Source: a virus. From it: DNA of 64,000 bases. Shown here piece after piece: positions 38,334 through 47,881 of this stretch. Each line of letters opens with the position of its first letter. Positions within the stretch are counted from its first letter, which is position 1. The position numbers and the translations under genes are program-made. The notes beneath the pieces were generated by a model. The model was given only the letters and a program-made list of their open reading frames with translations, searched no databases and had not been told where the DNA came from. The stretch covers positions 1 through 64,000 of IMG/VR virus record IMGVR_UViG_3300034152_000419, one strand, 5' to 3'.

Positions 38334-38349
38334 GTGCACACGTGTGCAC
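38334..38349. repeat. palindrome copy 7, abutting the -35 box
   Basis: Read directly. Confidence 0.95.
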
Positions 38350-38350
38350 G

Positions 38351-38521
38351 TCACACGTCGGGGAGATTTTCCGGTTTATTCTGAACGAATTTTTCTTTTT
38401 CTCCCTGATAGATCAGATCGATTTCCTCATCGGTCTTTCCCGCAGTTTTCATCAACGAAAAAGCACCATTGATCAAGGTTTTCGCGACCTCGATCAGCGC
38501 GAGAGCAGTGACTTGATCCAT
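38351..38521 (-). CDS. small hypothetical protein
   Basis: Start MDQVTA; GAGGAGG RBS. Confidence 0.65.
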   Translation of the reverse strand: MDQVTALALIEVAKTLINGAFSLMKTAGKTDEEIDLIYQGEKEKFVQNKPENLPDV

Positions 38522-38562
38522 TGTAAACCTCCTCAGTTTCAATCAGTTAAAAGCGACCCGGA

Positions 38563-38940
38563 TCAATCGACCACAAGGACCGCGAGTTGATCCAGATAAT
38601 TGATAATTTTTTGTTCGGTTTCCGTTGACGGGACCGCGCCTGAGTCCACATAGGACATATAAAGTTCGATCAGAGGATAGACCTCAGACAGAATCTTTTT
38701 CTTTTTTCGGAGGATCTCCCGCTCCGCCTCTGTCAATTCAGGTTTTGCCGCCTGTGTTTGATAATTTGAATATTGCTTGTTATACATACTCATCATGAAC
38801 GTCGCTTTTTCTTTCGCCGACATCTCATCGAATGTCTTGATATTATTCGTCGGACACCCTATCAGAGCAATCGACATGAAAGCGACAGCGAGCAACATGA
38901 CGAGCAGTCCCAAAAAACGCGAGAACTGAATTTTGTTCAT
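38563..38940 (-). CDS. lipoprotein
   Basis: Signal peptide with lipobox LIGC. Confidence 0.75.
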   Translation of the reverse strand: MNKIQFSRFLGLLVMLLAVAFMSIALIGCPTNNIKTFDEMSAKEKATFMMSMYNKQYSNYQTQAAKPELTEAEREILRKKKKILSEVYPLIELYMSYVDSGAVPSTETEQKIINYLDQLAVLVVD

Positions 38941-38987
38941 TTAACACCTCCTCGTTTTTGTCCATTCAACCATTGATCCCGGATCGA

Positions 38988-39248
38988 TTAAACTCCCGGA
39001 GGACTTGGGGGAGTTGTGCGTCCTCCCGTCAATAGAGCAGTCTTGTCAGAACTGCCTTTCGATGATCCGAAAAACCAGTTCACGACGGTCGTCGCGAGGA
39101 CGATCCATGCACCGACGATCATGTTCAGGATCTTTTCCAGAAAATCAGGGACCCTCTCCGGCATGAAAAAGACACTCCCGGAAATAGCCAAAAATCCGAT
39201 GAGCACTATGACCGCGATTGCAATCTGACCCTTTGTCATGTTTGTCAA
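38988..39248 (-). CDS. holin-like two-TM protein
   Basis: Two TM helices; WFFGSSKGSSDK tail. Confidence 0.7.
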   Translation of the reverse strand: MTNMTKGQIAIAVIVLIGFLAISGSVFFMPERVPDFLEKILNMIVGAWIVLATTVVNWFFGSSKGSSDKTALLTGGRTTPPSPPGV

Positions 39249-39263
39249 TTAGATCACCTCCTC

Positions 39264-39686
39264 TCAAAAAGATGGGGGAGCAAGATATAAATAGATCATC
39301 CACGATTTCGGATTCCCGTCCACCTCCGCCGAGGCGGAGTCCGTCGAGAGAGTCCAGTCCGAGCACTCATCCGCCGAGCACGATCTCACTTGAAAAATAT
39401 AATGACCCGCCTTGTTGAGTTGAACTGTGAATTGTGGATTGTCTCTTTGCGGGACCGTCCCCCGTGCAAGAACCGCAAAATTTTTCTCCGGTTGAATCGC
39501 CTCCCATTGATACTCTGTCAAATTTGTGTTCTCGACCTTGTCCCACGCGACCGTGAAACTCGACCCGGACGTCGCCCAGTATGTGTGAGCATCATAAAAA
39601 TCAGGGATCGTTTCCTGAGCCTGACCGGGGACAGTCAAACAGAGCATGAACAGGAGGACGACCCATATCTTGAACAGTGTTTTCAT
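39264..39686 (-). CDS. secreted Fn3-like protein
   Basis: Signal peptide; VAWD...Y...YIFQVRSC. Confidence 0.6.
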   Translation of the reverse strand: MKTLFKIWVVLLFMLCLTVPGQAQETIPDFYDAHTYWATSGSSFTVAWDKVENTNLTEYQWEAIQPEKNFAVLARGTVPQRDNPQFTVQLNKAGHYIFQVRSCSADECSDWTLSTDSASAEVDGNPKSWMIYLYLAPPSF

Positions 39687-39758
39687 GGTCGTCCTCCCCT
39701 GTCACCTTTTAATGTTCTCACAAAGTTTTGAGCAGATCAGCCGGATCAGTTGAGCAAC

Positions 39759-40103
39759 TCACTCCGCGATGAACTCAAGATCCGTCGGGGGAGCCGGAGC
39801 AACAAAATCAAGACCGATCCCACTGAGCACCGACATCCCGGATTCGTTCCCTGCGTCGTCGATTGCCGTCAGTCCGAGATTATAGGTTCCATCGAGCGTC
39901 TGCATCGCGTCAACCCCCGTCAGATCGAGGATCTTTTTTCCCGGACTGTTCGGATCGTCCGGGAGATCAGCCGCGACGAAATCATGATTCGGTGACGTGT
40001 AATCGACCGGAGTTTCCGCCGGGGACCAGTAAAGACGATATCCCGTCACGTCCGGGGACGAGGACGGAGTGAAAGCGATTTTTCCTTTTGCGACTTGAGC
40101 CAT
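39759..40103 (-). CDS. Fn3-like beta-sandwich protein
   Basis: DVTGYRLYW, GTY.L.LTAIDDAGNES, AP.PPT; start re-set to MAQVAK. Confidence 0.7.
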   Translation of the reverse strand: MAQVAKGKIAFTPSSSPDVTGYRLYWSPAETPVDYTSPNHDFVAADLPDDPNSPGKKILDLTGVDAMQTLDGTYNLGLTAIDDAGNESGMSVLSGIGLDFVAPAPPTDLEFIAE

Positions 40104-40134
40104 TTTGAGACCTCCCTTTTTGATTTTGGGTTTT

Positions 40135-40554
40135 TTAATACGGATTGACATATCCGCGAACACCCGCCCGACTTGTGATCGGACGAATTTTAACAAACGC
40201 ATTATATTTGATTGCATCGTCAACCGTCCTCACGAATGATCCGCCTCCCGATGCACCGAGAGACAGTTCCCGATTCAAAACAATTTCGACATGAACGACT
40301 TTGTGATTCGAGTTCTCCCAAAAAACGAGGTCCCCCGAATCCGGGATGACGACTTGATTTTCTGAAAACATTTTCCACAGTTGAGCCGCAGTCCAGTCGC
40401 CGCCACGAGCGAGGACGCCGACGGATTTCAAACACTCGATGACCAGACCTGAGCAATCAAACGACGACGGATCATCTCCTCCCCATGTATAAAATTTTCC
40501 CCAGTTCCGCCGCGCGACATCGAGCACGATCTGTCGTTTCTGAGTCTCGTTCAT
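40135..40554 (-). CDS. NlpC/P60 peptidoglycan peptidase, candidate endolysin
   Basis: YTWGG...FDCSGLV...GDLVFW...HV.I. Confidence 0.85.
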   Translation of the reverse strand: MNETQKRQIVLDVARRNWGKFYTWGGDDPSSFDCSGLVIECLKSVGVLARGGDWTAAQLWKMFSENQVVIPDSGDLVFWENSNHKVVHVEIVLNRELSLGASGGGSFVRTVDDAIKYNAFVKIRPITSRAGVRGYVNPY

Positions 40555-41540
40555 TTTTCACCTCCCCCGAAAATAAAGTGACCGTCTGTTTTCCAGTATT
40601 CGAGAAACTCTGTGAGATCCCTCATTCGGTTGACCTCAATCAGTTTTTTTTGTGCTCCGCATTTTTCCCGGATCTTTTCCATCACACCGTTTGTCCTCCG
40701 GGGAGAGGTGACAAAATAATTTGACGCATACTTGAGAGCCTCTGCCTCATCGGAGTGCATATAGACTGCCGTCATCCGGTTTTTGTGGTAATCCTCATAG
40801 CGATAATTATATCCTCTCTTGTCTCCGTGATGAAAAAGCGTCCCCCACGGATAGATATATTTTGAGATCCCCATGACCGCGAGTGTATAATTGACAAAGT
40901 TCTCGCCTCCACCATAGATCCCCAGTGTCGGAGGAAAACCGCCGAGCATAGCAAAGATTTCTCGCGTCATAAGCATCCCACAGAGACTCATGACCGGGAC
41001 CTCAAAAACGTCGTCGTGTCCTTTGAAATTCATAAATTTATAGTGATATTTCGCCGTCTCCTCATCGAAATCCATCTGATAGATCAGACGTTGTTTTTCG
41101 AGGATCTGATATGTGAGAGGGAGAGACAGTGTCCCCGCGAGATCGACATGAGCGTCCTCATAATACATGAACATATCATGGAGAGAGTTTTGTGACGGAA
41201 TCACGTGTCCATCCATGAACCACAGAAACCGACCGGAGGATTGTTTGACTCCCTCGTTTTTTGCTTGCCAGTGACTCAACCGCTCATCATATCTAACATA
41301 TTTGAGCCAGTCGAAAAACTTTGAGACCTGTTTGATGTGTCCCTCTTTTGCTTTCCCGTCTTTGCCGATGTGATCGTGACCTCTGTCCGGTTCGCGACAG
41401 TCGGGACCGTCAATATAATTATCGACCGCGATGATCTCAAAATCCACTTTGTCGATCAGTTGCTCCGCAATCGCCCGGATCGTGAAAGCGATGTTCGCCC
41501 ATTCATTACAAAATGGAATTATTATTGATAGATCACTCAT
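40551..41540 (-). CDS. GT-A glycosyltransferase, ppGalNAc-T-like
   Basis: SIIIPFCNE, FMDGH (DxH), LGGF...IYGGGEN. Confidence 0.8.
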   Translation of the reverse strand: MSDLSIIIPFCNEWANIAFTIRAIAEQLIDKVDFEIIAVDNYIDGPDCREPDRGHDHIGKDGKAKEGHIKQVSKFFDWLKYVRYDERLSHWQAKNEGVKQSSGRFLWFMDGHVIPSQNSLHDMFMYYEDAHVDLAGTLSLPLTYQILEKQRLIYQMDFDEETAKYHYKFMNFKGHDDVFEVPVMSLCGMLMTREIFAMLGGFPPTLGIYGGGENFVNYTLAVMGISKYIYPWGTLFHHGDKRGYNYRYEDYHKNRMTAVYMHSDEAEALKYASNYFVTSPRRTNGVMEKIREKCGAQKKLIEVNRMRDLTEFLEYWKTDGHFIFGGGEK

Positions 41541-41931
41541 CCTTGAATCCTCTGAGTTTTAACAGTTCCCGTTTCAGGATAGGAAAAACGGGGACCAGAT
41601 CGGGAGCAAGTTCGACGACATCCTCCACCTTGATCGAGGCAAAATGGACGACGGTCGATTTCATCATTCGCGCCTGTGTCCCTTTGGGAGTTGCGTCCTG
41701 AACATCCCTGAAAAATCCCGCCGACTTTTTCAAATGTCCATAATAATCAACCGCGAGGGATACAGAGCAGTCGATTTCGAGACCGACAAGTTTCCCGAAT
41801 CTCTGTTTCGACAGTTTCCCGTTTCTGACCGGGACCATCTCCTCCCGTCCGATTTTGCCACCTTGCACACCCCGGATGATCACATCGTTCTCAAATTTCA
41901 GGAGAACATTTTTGAAATCGCTCTGATCCAT
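41533..41931 (-). CDS. hypothetical protein
   Basis: 132 aa; coupled to neighbours. Confidence 0.7.
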   Translation of the reverse strand: MDQSDFKNVLLKFENDVIIRGVQGGKIGREEMVPVRNGKLSKQRFGKLVGLEIDCSVSLAVDYYGHLKKSAGFFRDVQDATPKGTQARMMKSTVVHFASIKVEDVVELAPDLVPVFPILKRELLKLRGFKDE

Positions 41932-41934
41932 GTG

Positions 41935-42558
41935 TCATCCTTTTTTAAATGGGATTTTTTCCAGTATCATGACCCCCTCAAGTTCGAGGTCGAATCTGTA
42001 TTCCATGAACAGGACCCGGAATGAAAACCCGGACGACAGATTGTCCGCGAACTTGTCGAACAAAAAACCCAGTGACGAGATCGGTGAAAAGTGCGCCTTG
42101 TTTCCCGTTCCCTTTGGTTCGATGGGAGTGAACACCGAAACACGATTCCCGATCCCCATTAATTGAATCACATTGAAAATTGAACGGTCCAGATTTCGAC
42201 AGTGTTCAAAAACATGAGACGCATGAATATCAAACTTTTTTCCATGCAGTCCGAGAGAGTGTGTGAGCAGTTGATCGACATCCCCACGTCGAATCCGCAG
42301 TCCCGCCTCACGACCCCGATTGACCCGTTCCCTGACGATCTCAACCCCGATGACATCCGAAATCAAACGAGTCTCAAGCATCGCGAGAATCTCGGTCCCA
42401 TCCCCACAACCGAGCACGAGAACCGGATCACTCAAAAAGTGCGAGGATTCGCGAGCGTTGCGAATCGCACGGAGACCCATCCGGGACGGTCGATCTCCCG
42501 CCTTTGCTCCGCCGCTTGAGTTCGAGCAAAATCTCCTCTGTATCTCCTCATAACTCAT
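41935..42558 (-). CDS. class I SAM-dependent methyltransferase
   Basis: VLVLGCGDG, GVEI, FD...SHVFEH. Confidence 0.85.
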   Translation of the reverse strand: MSYEEIQRRFCSNSSGGAKAGDRPSRMGLRAIRNARESSHFLSDPVLVLGCGDGTEILAMLETRLISDVIGVEIVRERVNRGREAGLRIRRGDVDQLLTHSLGLHGKKFDIHASHVFEHCRNLDRSIFNVIQLMGIGNRVSVFTPIEPKGTGNKAHFSPISSLGFLFDKFADNLSSGFSFRVLFMEYRFDLELEGVMILEKIPFKKG

Positions 42559-42890
42559 TTAAACACCTTGACCGTGACCTGTCCGATTGAGAAAAATGAA
42601 TCCGATCCGATTGTGAGCATGTATTGTCCCATCGAATCAGATCCCGCCGTCAGTATCAGACCGAATGTCACCTCCGTGCCGGGAGGGATCGGTTTGATGT
42701 GTGTGATACTCATCGAGACACAGACCGCTTTGTCACCGAGAGATCTCCACACAGTATCATTGACCAGAGCACACAGGAGACCATTCGGGACCTGACGTCC
42801 CTCGCGATATTTTTCTCCGATCAAGTCCCCATAAGCCTCGATCATCTCCGATGTGACAGTGAATTTTCTTTCGACTGAGTTCATCCCCAT
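42555..42890 (-). CDS. hot-dog fold (MaoC-like) protein
   Basis: VT..MI.AY, VPNGLL, IKPI.PG.EV. Confidence 0.55.
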   Translation of the reverse strand: MGMNSVERKFTVTSEMIEAYGDLIGEKYREGRQVPNGLLCALVNDTVWRSLGDKAVCVSMSITHIKPIPPGTEVTFGLILTAGSDSMGQYMLTIGSDSFFSIGQVTVKVFK

Positions 42891-44173
42891 GTCTCCGAAT
42901 CCCCGAAAATCGGGAGATAATGTCGATTATAAATATAATCCCAGTTGTGAAATTGCCGATGAAAAGTTTTGCAGTTGATTGATTCATTCTCTCTCATCCG
43001 CCCGACGATCAGTGCCGCGACGAGATCAAAATATTCCCGCTCTGAAACTGCGTGTTTCGGTTTCACCTCGAACGATCCGAAATTGACAAACAGGGATGAG
43101 AATCCGTGAACCTCAAGCATCATGTCGAGCGACTTGTTGAGCACGACCAGACATCCCCCCGCGAGAGCCGCCTCAAGTCCGATCAGACCGAATGACTCCT
43201 CCTGTGTCGGATAGATCATCACATTCGAGCACATCAAAAGTTCCCGGACCATTCTGATCGGGACCCCTGTTTTATATTTTTCTGAAAACCGGGATGTGAA
43301 AAAGAACTCCTGACGTGTGAGTCCGTTCCGCATCGCAATCCTCTCAAAATGCTCGACGTCCTGCATAGGTTCCCGACCCGTCGCCCATGAGTTACAGACA
43401 CACAGACACACCGAGAATCCCATTTTTTTGAACGCTCGAAAAAGAATAATCACATCTCGGAGATGTTTTGCCTTGAGCCTGTCCGATCCGACCGGATAGA
43501 TCTGAACGATGTCCGATTGCAGGAGACCCGGATAATTTTTAATCAAAAGATCCGTCTCAGGATCGAACTCCATAAACGACCGGAGATCTTTGATGTGAGG
43601 GATCACTTTCACGTCCGCGACTTTGCACTGATATGCAGTCGCGACCCGGAGAGCGTCCGTCTTGTTCGGATAAATGAGTTTGTGTCCGGGACCATATCTT
43701 TTCAGATTCCACCAGTCAAAACCCTGAGCCGGGAGAGAGTGAATCCAGTGTAAATATTTTATCAGATGTCCCTCCCTCCGCAGTTCCCGACCGGACTCCA
43801 TCAACGCGAGAGCATAGGGGAGATTCCATCCCGTGAAAACAAAATCGTGAGTGAAAACGAAATCAGATCCGGGGAGGATATTTTTCAGCACGTGTGAGAT
43901 CTTTTTGACGTCTGCCTTGTGCTCCTCGGAGATCTCTTTTTCGCTCCGGTAGTCAACAAGATCCGGTTGAGGTAGAGCCGGAAAAACCTCGACCCCCAGT
44001 TCCCGGAAAAACTTTTCACCCCGACTCTCATCGTTGAATTGTTCGGAGACGACGACACAGACATCGTGTCCGTGTTCGGTGAGCATCCGGCATTGATCCT
44101 TGACAATACCAGTCAAAGAATATCCCGGATGGAAATCGGTGAAATTTGTAAGGATGGAAATTTTCTTTTTCAT
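42881..44173 (-). CDS. GT-B (GT4-like) glycosyltransferase
   Basis: GHDV.VV; YPTQEESFGLIGLEAA. Confidence 0.85.
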   Translation of the reverse strand: MKKKISILTNFTDFHPGYSLTGIVKDQCRMLTEHGHDVCVVVSEQFNDESRGEKFFRELGVEVFPALPQPDLVDYRSEKEISEEHKADVKKISHVLKNILPGSDFVFTHDFVFTGWNLPYALALMESGRELRREGHLIKYLHWIHSLPAQGFDWWNLKRYGPGHKLIYPNKTDALRVATAYQCKVADVKVIPHIKDLRSFMEFDPETDLLIKNYPGLLQSDIVQIYPVGSDRLKAKHLRDVIILFRAFKKMGFSVCLCVCNSWATGREPMQDVEHFERIAMRNGLTRQEFFFTSRFSEKYKTGVPIRMVRELLMCSNVMIYPTQEESFGLIGLEAALAGGCLVVLNKSLDMMLEVHGFSSLFVNFGSFEVKPKHAVSEREYFDLVAALIVGRMRENESINCKTFHRQFHNWDYIYNRHYLPIFGDSETWG

Positions 44174-44225
44174 CTGAGCCTCCTGTCATGATTCTCTGCC
44201 GAGTCTGATTCAGGATCAGTTTATA

Positions 44226-44957
44226 TTAAACCGTCAGGGAGATCTCCTCGACGGTGATATCAACGATATATGCCGCCCCTGCACCGTAGTTCATACCGAG
44301 CATCAAATAATTCATCGTGTCAGTACTTGTCAATGTGTGTGCTATTAAAGATCCGACCTGAACCGAAAAATCGGGATCGGAATAAACTCTTTGTTGGATC
44401 TGTGCTCCGACCCGTTTCATCTCGATAAAATAATCTGTATCAAGAGAATGGGATAAATTTGAGGTTGAGATTGAGTTCGTCCCGTCCACCGCTCCGCCGC
44501 ATGTCAAATATGGATTCGGAGATCCTCCCTGATAGGATCTTACATAATTATAATCATAATCCGCCACGAGTCCGCTCCACCAGCAATCCGCCTCCTCACC
44601 GAGTCCGAACCAAAAAAAAGCATTTTGATGCGTTTTGCTCCCTCGCCGAAATTTGACTCTGAGTGTGTAATCCCCACTGATCGGAGAGTCAAGTTCACGA
44701 GAGGCATGAGCACAGACATTTGATAGTCCCTCGTTTGTATAAATACCATCCCCGGAAATGACCCAGTCGCCGCCCGGATCGACGATTGTGTGTTGAAAAG
44801 CAGGATATGTCCCTTTTAAAAATTCCTGAACCGACCGATTTTCAGCTTTGCCTCCCTGTGTCCGGTTGACATCTCCGATCCCCAGTCCTCCGATGATTGA
44901 TGTGTTCGGAGTTCCGCGACCGGGACCTCCCCCTCGGATCGAAAATGTCTTTGCCAT
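44226..44957 (-). CDS. putative virion protein with lectin-like beta-sandwich
   Basis: Gly/Thr/aromatic-rich; start re-set to MAKTFS. Confidence 0.6.
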   Translation of the reverse strand: MAKTFSIRGGGPGRGTPNTSIIGGLGIGDVNRTQGGKAENRSVQEFLKGTYPAFQHTIVDPGGDWVISGDGIYTNEGLSNVCAHASRELDSPISGDYTLRVKFRRGSKTHQNAFFWFGLGEEADCWWSGLVADYDYNYVRSYQGGSPNPYLTCGGAVDGTNSISTSNLSHSLDTDYFIEMKRVGAQIQQRVYSDPDFSVQVGSLIAHTLTSTDTMNYLMLGMNYGAGAAYIVDITVEEISLTV

Positions 44958-44975
44958 AGCACACCTCCGATGATA

Positions 44976-44991
44976 GTGCACACGTGTGCAC
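44976..44991. repeat. palindrome copy 8 (intergenic)
   Basis: Read directly. Confidence 0.95.
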
Positions 44992-44993
44992 AT

Positions 44994-45296
44994 TCACGAC
45001 GTTTGTTGTCGCATTAAGATCTCAATCTGTCGTTCGAGTTTCTCTTTTTCTTTTCGCAGTTGACGGATCTCATCCCGAACCTCCGGGGGAGCAGTCTGTC
45101 CACGATATCGATCCTCAAGTTTCCAGATCCGATCATTGACCTCATTGAGTCGGTCCTGTAATATCTTGAGTTCGAGTCGGATCGAGACGAGTTTCACATC
45201 CCCGGATTTCGCATATCTCTGATCGACCGCGAAAAGTGCTCCGGTAATGGAGATCAGAGCGACAATGATTCCACAAATGATCTGTGTCTTTTTCAT
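44994..45296 (-). CDS. membrane-anchored coiled-coil protein
   Basis: N-terminal TM followed by coiled coil; start re-set to MKKTQI. Confidence 0.7.
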   Translation of the reverse strand: MKKTQIICGIIVALISITGALFAVDQRYAKSGDVKLVSIRLELKILQDRLNEVNDRIWKLEDRYRGQTAPPEVRDEIRQLRKEKEKLERQIEILMRQQTS

Positions 45297-45628
45297 AGTT
45301 CTTTCACTTTCATTTGAACATCGACCTCGAATGTCTGACCCGCCGACGTCGGCATCAAAAAAGTGACCTGATACTTTTTCCCGTCGTCTCCCGCCTGACA
45401 TAGGACACCGAGCATATTGTCCGAATATTCCCCGTCAGGATCATCCGCGAGTTTTTTCGTTGCCGTGTTCAGGACGATGCTCGTTGCGTCAGATCCGTCG
45501 GAGAGATCTTTTGCCGTGACTTGTGCCGTCGCGAGATTGATCGTCTCCGTCTCGTCTTGAACATTCAAAATCGATCCGTAAATATAGAACTCCTCCGACG
45601 GTTGTTTCTCAAACTTTTCAAGTGCCAT
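45293..45628 (-). CDS. putative fibre-tail adaptor protein
   Basis: KQPSE start, G.DG..Y.VT...TSAG..E motif. Confidence 0.55.
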   Translation of the reverse strand: MALEKFEKQPSEEFYIYGSILNVQDETETINLATAQVTAKDLSDGSDATSIVLNTATKKLADDPDGEYSDNMLGVLCQAGDDGKKYQVTFLMPTSAGQTFEVDVQMKVKEL

Positions 45629-45782
45629 GACAGACAGCCTCCCTGAAAATCACTTTGATCTCCTCCCGCCGGAAATTATTTTCGATTTCCTCTCGACGGA
45701 TCGGAGGTTTCTCATCCTCCCGGAAAACTCTCTCCGGGATCTCGACACGCCTAAAAATTATACATTCGTTTTCAATCGACAC
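45618..45782 (-). CDS. small hypothetical protein, 54 aa (not in ORF track)
   Basis: GTG start after GGGAGG; MSIENECIIFRRVEIP... Confidence 0.5.
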   Translation of the reverse strand: MSIENECIIFRRVEIPERVFREDEKPPIRREEIENNFRREEIKVIFREAVCHGT

Positions 45783-45960
45783 GTTGACAATCCCTCCCGA
45801 AAATCCGATCCACAGTTATTCGCCGGAAAAACTTTTTGATCGTCGCTCGCCTGAAAATGCAAGTGACGACCTCTTTGATCTCGACAAATATTCCCGCATA
45901 TCCGCGAGTGACGATTCTGTGTTGATTGCCGAAACCACGTGTGACGATATATGGCATCAC
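45772..45960 (-). CDS. small hypothetical protein
   Basis: IVTRGF/IVTRGY repeat; ATGA overlap. Confidence 0.55.
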   Translation of the reverse strand: MMPYIVTRGFGNQHRIVTRGYAGIFVEIKEVVTCIFRRATIKKFFRRITVDRIFGRDCQRVD

Positions 45961-46433
45961 GGGACCCTTTGCCGCTCAAAGACGTTGACCACTGAGGGAG
46001 ATCCAGACTGATCAAAGAGATTGAATCTCGCGACCTCCGTCACGTTGTCGTCCTCATAAAAGATCATCTGATTATTGATGATCCTCCACCGTCCCCCCTC
46101 AATATGTTTCACAAACTCAAGATCGAGTCCGAGCGTGTCGAAATCATCGTCGAAAACTTGAAAACTGCCTCCCTTGCCGGAGGGAAAATATGTCGGATGA
46201 GTTATGACCAGATACCAGAGACCCGTTGAGTCCGGGACGAACGAGACACGATAGTTGCCGGAATCGAGTTCGACTATCGTGACCGTCAGAGAGCCTGTCA
46301 CCTCAATCCCTGACGGATTATAGAGTTTTTTCCCGAACGATCCCGGACTCAATCCCGTGACCGGATCTCCCCCCGGATCAAGGACCGTGAAATCATCTTT
46401 GACTGTCTGATCTTTTCGTCCGATAATCATCAT
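45957..46433 (-). CDS. putative virion structural protein
   Basis: Ig-like N-terminus (GNYRVSFVPD..G.W). Confidence 0.65.
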   Translation of the reverse strand: MMIIGRKDQTVKDDFTVLDPGGDPVTGLSPGSFGKKLYNPSGIEVTGSLTVTIVELDSGNYRVSFVPDSTGLWYLVITHPTYFPSGKGGSFQVFDDDFDTLGLDLEFVKHIEGGRWRIINNQMIFYEDDNVTEVARFNLFDQSGSPSVVNVFERQRVP

Positions 46434-47878
46434 TGAACCTCGATTGACCCGCCTGTCACCCCCGCACCATAGTCGAGAATCAGACGTCCGGTTTGAGTAT
46501 ATCTGAGATATTTGTCAGCATCTCCGACGACAGCTTGAACCGATGGATTTCGATCATATAAAATCCCCAGTCCCGCGATGTCCGGTCGTGTCCAGAATGT
46601 GACCGTCGCCGACCCTGCCCCATAATTTGTATCAGACGATCCGTGTGCATCGAGAGAAAACATGAGAGCAGATATGAACGAAAAGTCGAAAAGATCTTGA
46701 CCGTCGGAGTTTCCATTGTCGATCATGGAAACCGCCGCGACCCGGACCCCATAATTTTCACGGTGTCCGATTGCCTTGTTTCCCCTCGCCGCCCAGTCAG
46801 CATGAGGATTGATTCCCGGTGAACTATACGAGAGCGTATTGACCGGAAACGACTCCAATAAATACCAGTCGTTCCGTGTGAGTTCGGATTCCTTGAGCAG
46901 AGGATTGAAAGTTGAGTTCGGATATGAGACATCGTCCGCAGTTCCGATGACGTGATCCATATTCCACGCATTGACGAAACACGTGAGTCCGTTGTCGTGT
47001 GCATATTTCAAACGCCGATTTAACTCCTCCCGGTTCGTCCCGAAATCATATCCCGCACGATCAAAGAAAATACCATTGACGCCGAGCGTGACCCACTGAT
47101 CAATTTTTGAAATGACCGTGTCATAATCGAGATCGGTCTGAATATATCCGAAAAGAGTTGTCCGAGGATTGAGTTCTCGCAGTCGAGGGAGGATCACCGA
47201 CGTGTTCGCATAATCCCCATGACTCGGATCTTGAATCCCATCCCCGACGACCACGAGTTCATATTTCGCGAGGTCCTGTGCGACAAGTTCATTATTCCAT
47301 CCGTTATCCCCGAAATTGAAAGAATTGAGCCACCCATAATAAAACAGGAGATCCGGGGGACGTCTCCACAATGCCGCTTGAACCTGATCATCATGCCACC
47401 CGCCCGGATTGTGGATCGTTTCCAGATTGAGAATCCTTGCCGCATGATCCTCCGCCCATCCAGTCTCACCGAGGATCGGAGTGAATCCCGCGAGATATAA
47501 AGGATTATTCGGATCATTATATAATTCACGGAGGATCGCATTGAGATTGATCCAAAAAGCCGGACCCTTAATCCCAGTTGAGGGATCTGTCACTATGACC
47601 GGAAAAATCGTTTTTCTCGATCCCGCCGAGTCGATGATCGCCGAATCGTCATCGAATCTTTGTTTCAAAAAGACGAGACCCTCTTTCACATCGGTCAACC
47701 ATTGAGAGCCTGTCCCGACTTGAATATTCCCACTTTCAATTTCACTTTCAACATCGAGACTCTGACGGAATAGATCATATTCGTTTTGAGGGACGACATA
47801 TTGACGGTCCACCCCGATCAAACGTCCGATGTCATCAAAAGTGACGACCACTCCCGAAACATTTTTGAGAATCAGCAT
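46430..47878 (-). CDS. virion-associated TIM-barrel glycoside hydrolase-like protein
   Basis: LFGYI, GVNGIFFD.AGYD, FVNAW, YLLESF; N-terminal anchor shared with neighbours. Confidence 0.6.
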   Translation of the reverse strand: MLILKNVSGVVVTFDDIGRLIGVDRQYVVPQNEYDLFRQSLDVESEIESGNIQVGTGSQWLTDVKEGLVFLKQRFDDDSAIIDSAGSRKTIFPVIVTDPSTGIKGPAFWINLNAILRELYNDPNNPLYLAGFTPILGETGWAEDHAARILNLETIHNPGGWHDDQVQAALWRRPPDLLFYYGWLNSFNFGDNGWNNELVAQDLAKYELVVVGDGIQDPSHGDYANTSVILPRLRELNPRTTLFGYIQTDLDYDTVISKIDQWVTLGVNGIFFDRAGYDFGTNREELNRRLKYAHDNGLTCFVNAWNMDHVIGTADDVSYPNSTFNPLLKESELTRNDWYLLESFPVNTLSYSSPGINPHADWAARGNKAIGHRENYGVRVAAVSMIDNGNSDGQDLFDFSFISALMFSLDAHGSSDTNYGAGSATVTFWTRPDIAGLGILYDRNPSVQAVVGDADKYLRYTQTGRLILDYGAGVTGGSIEVQ

Positions 47879-47881
47879 TTT

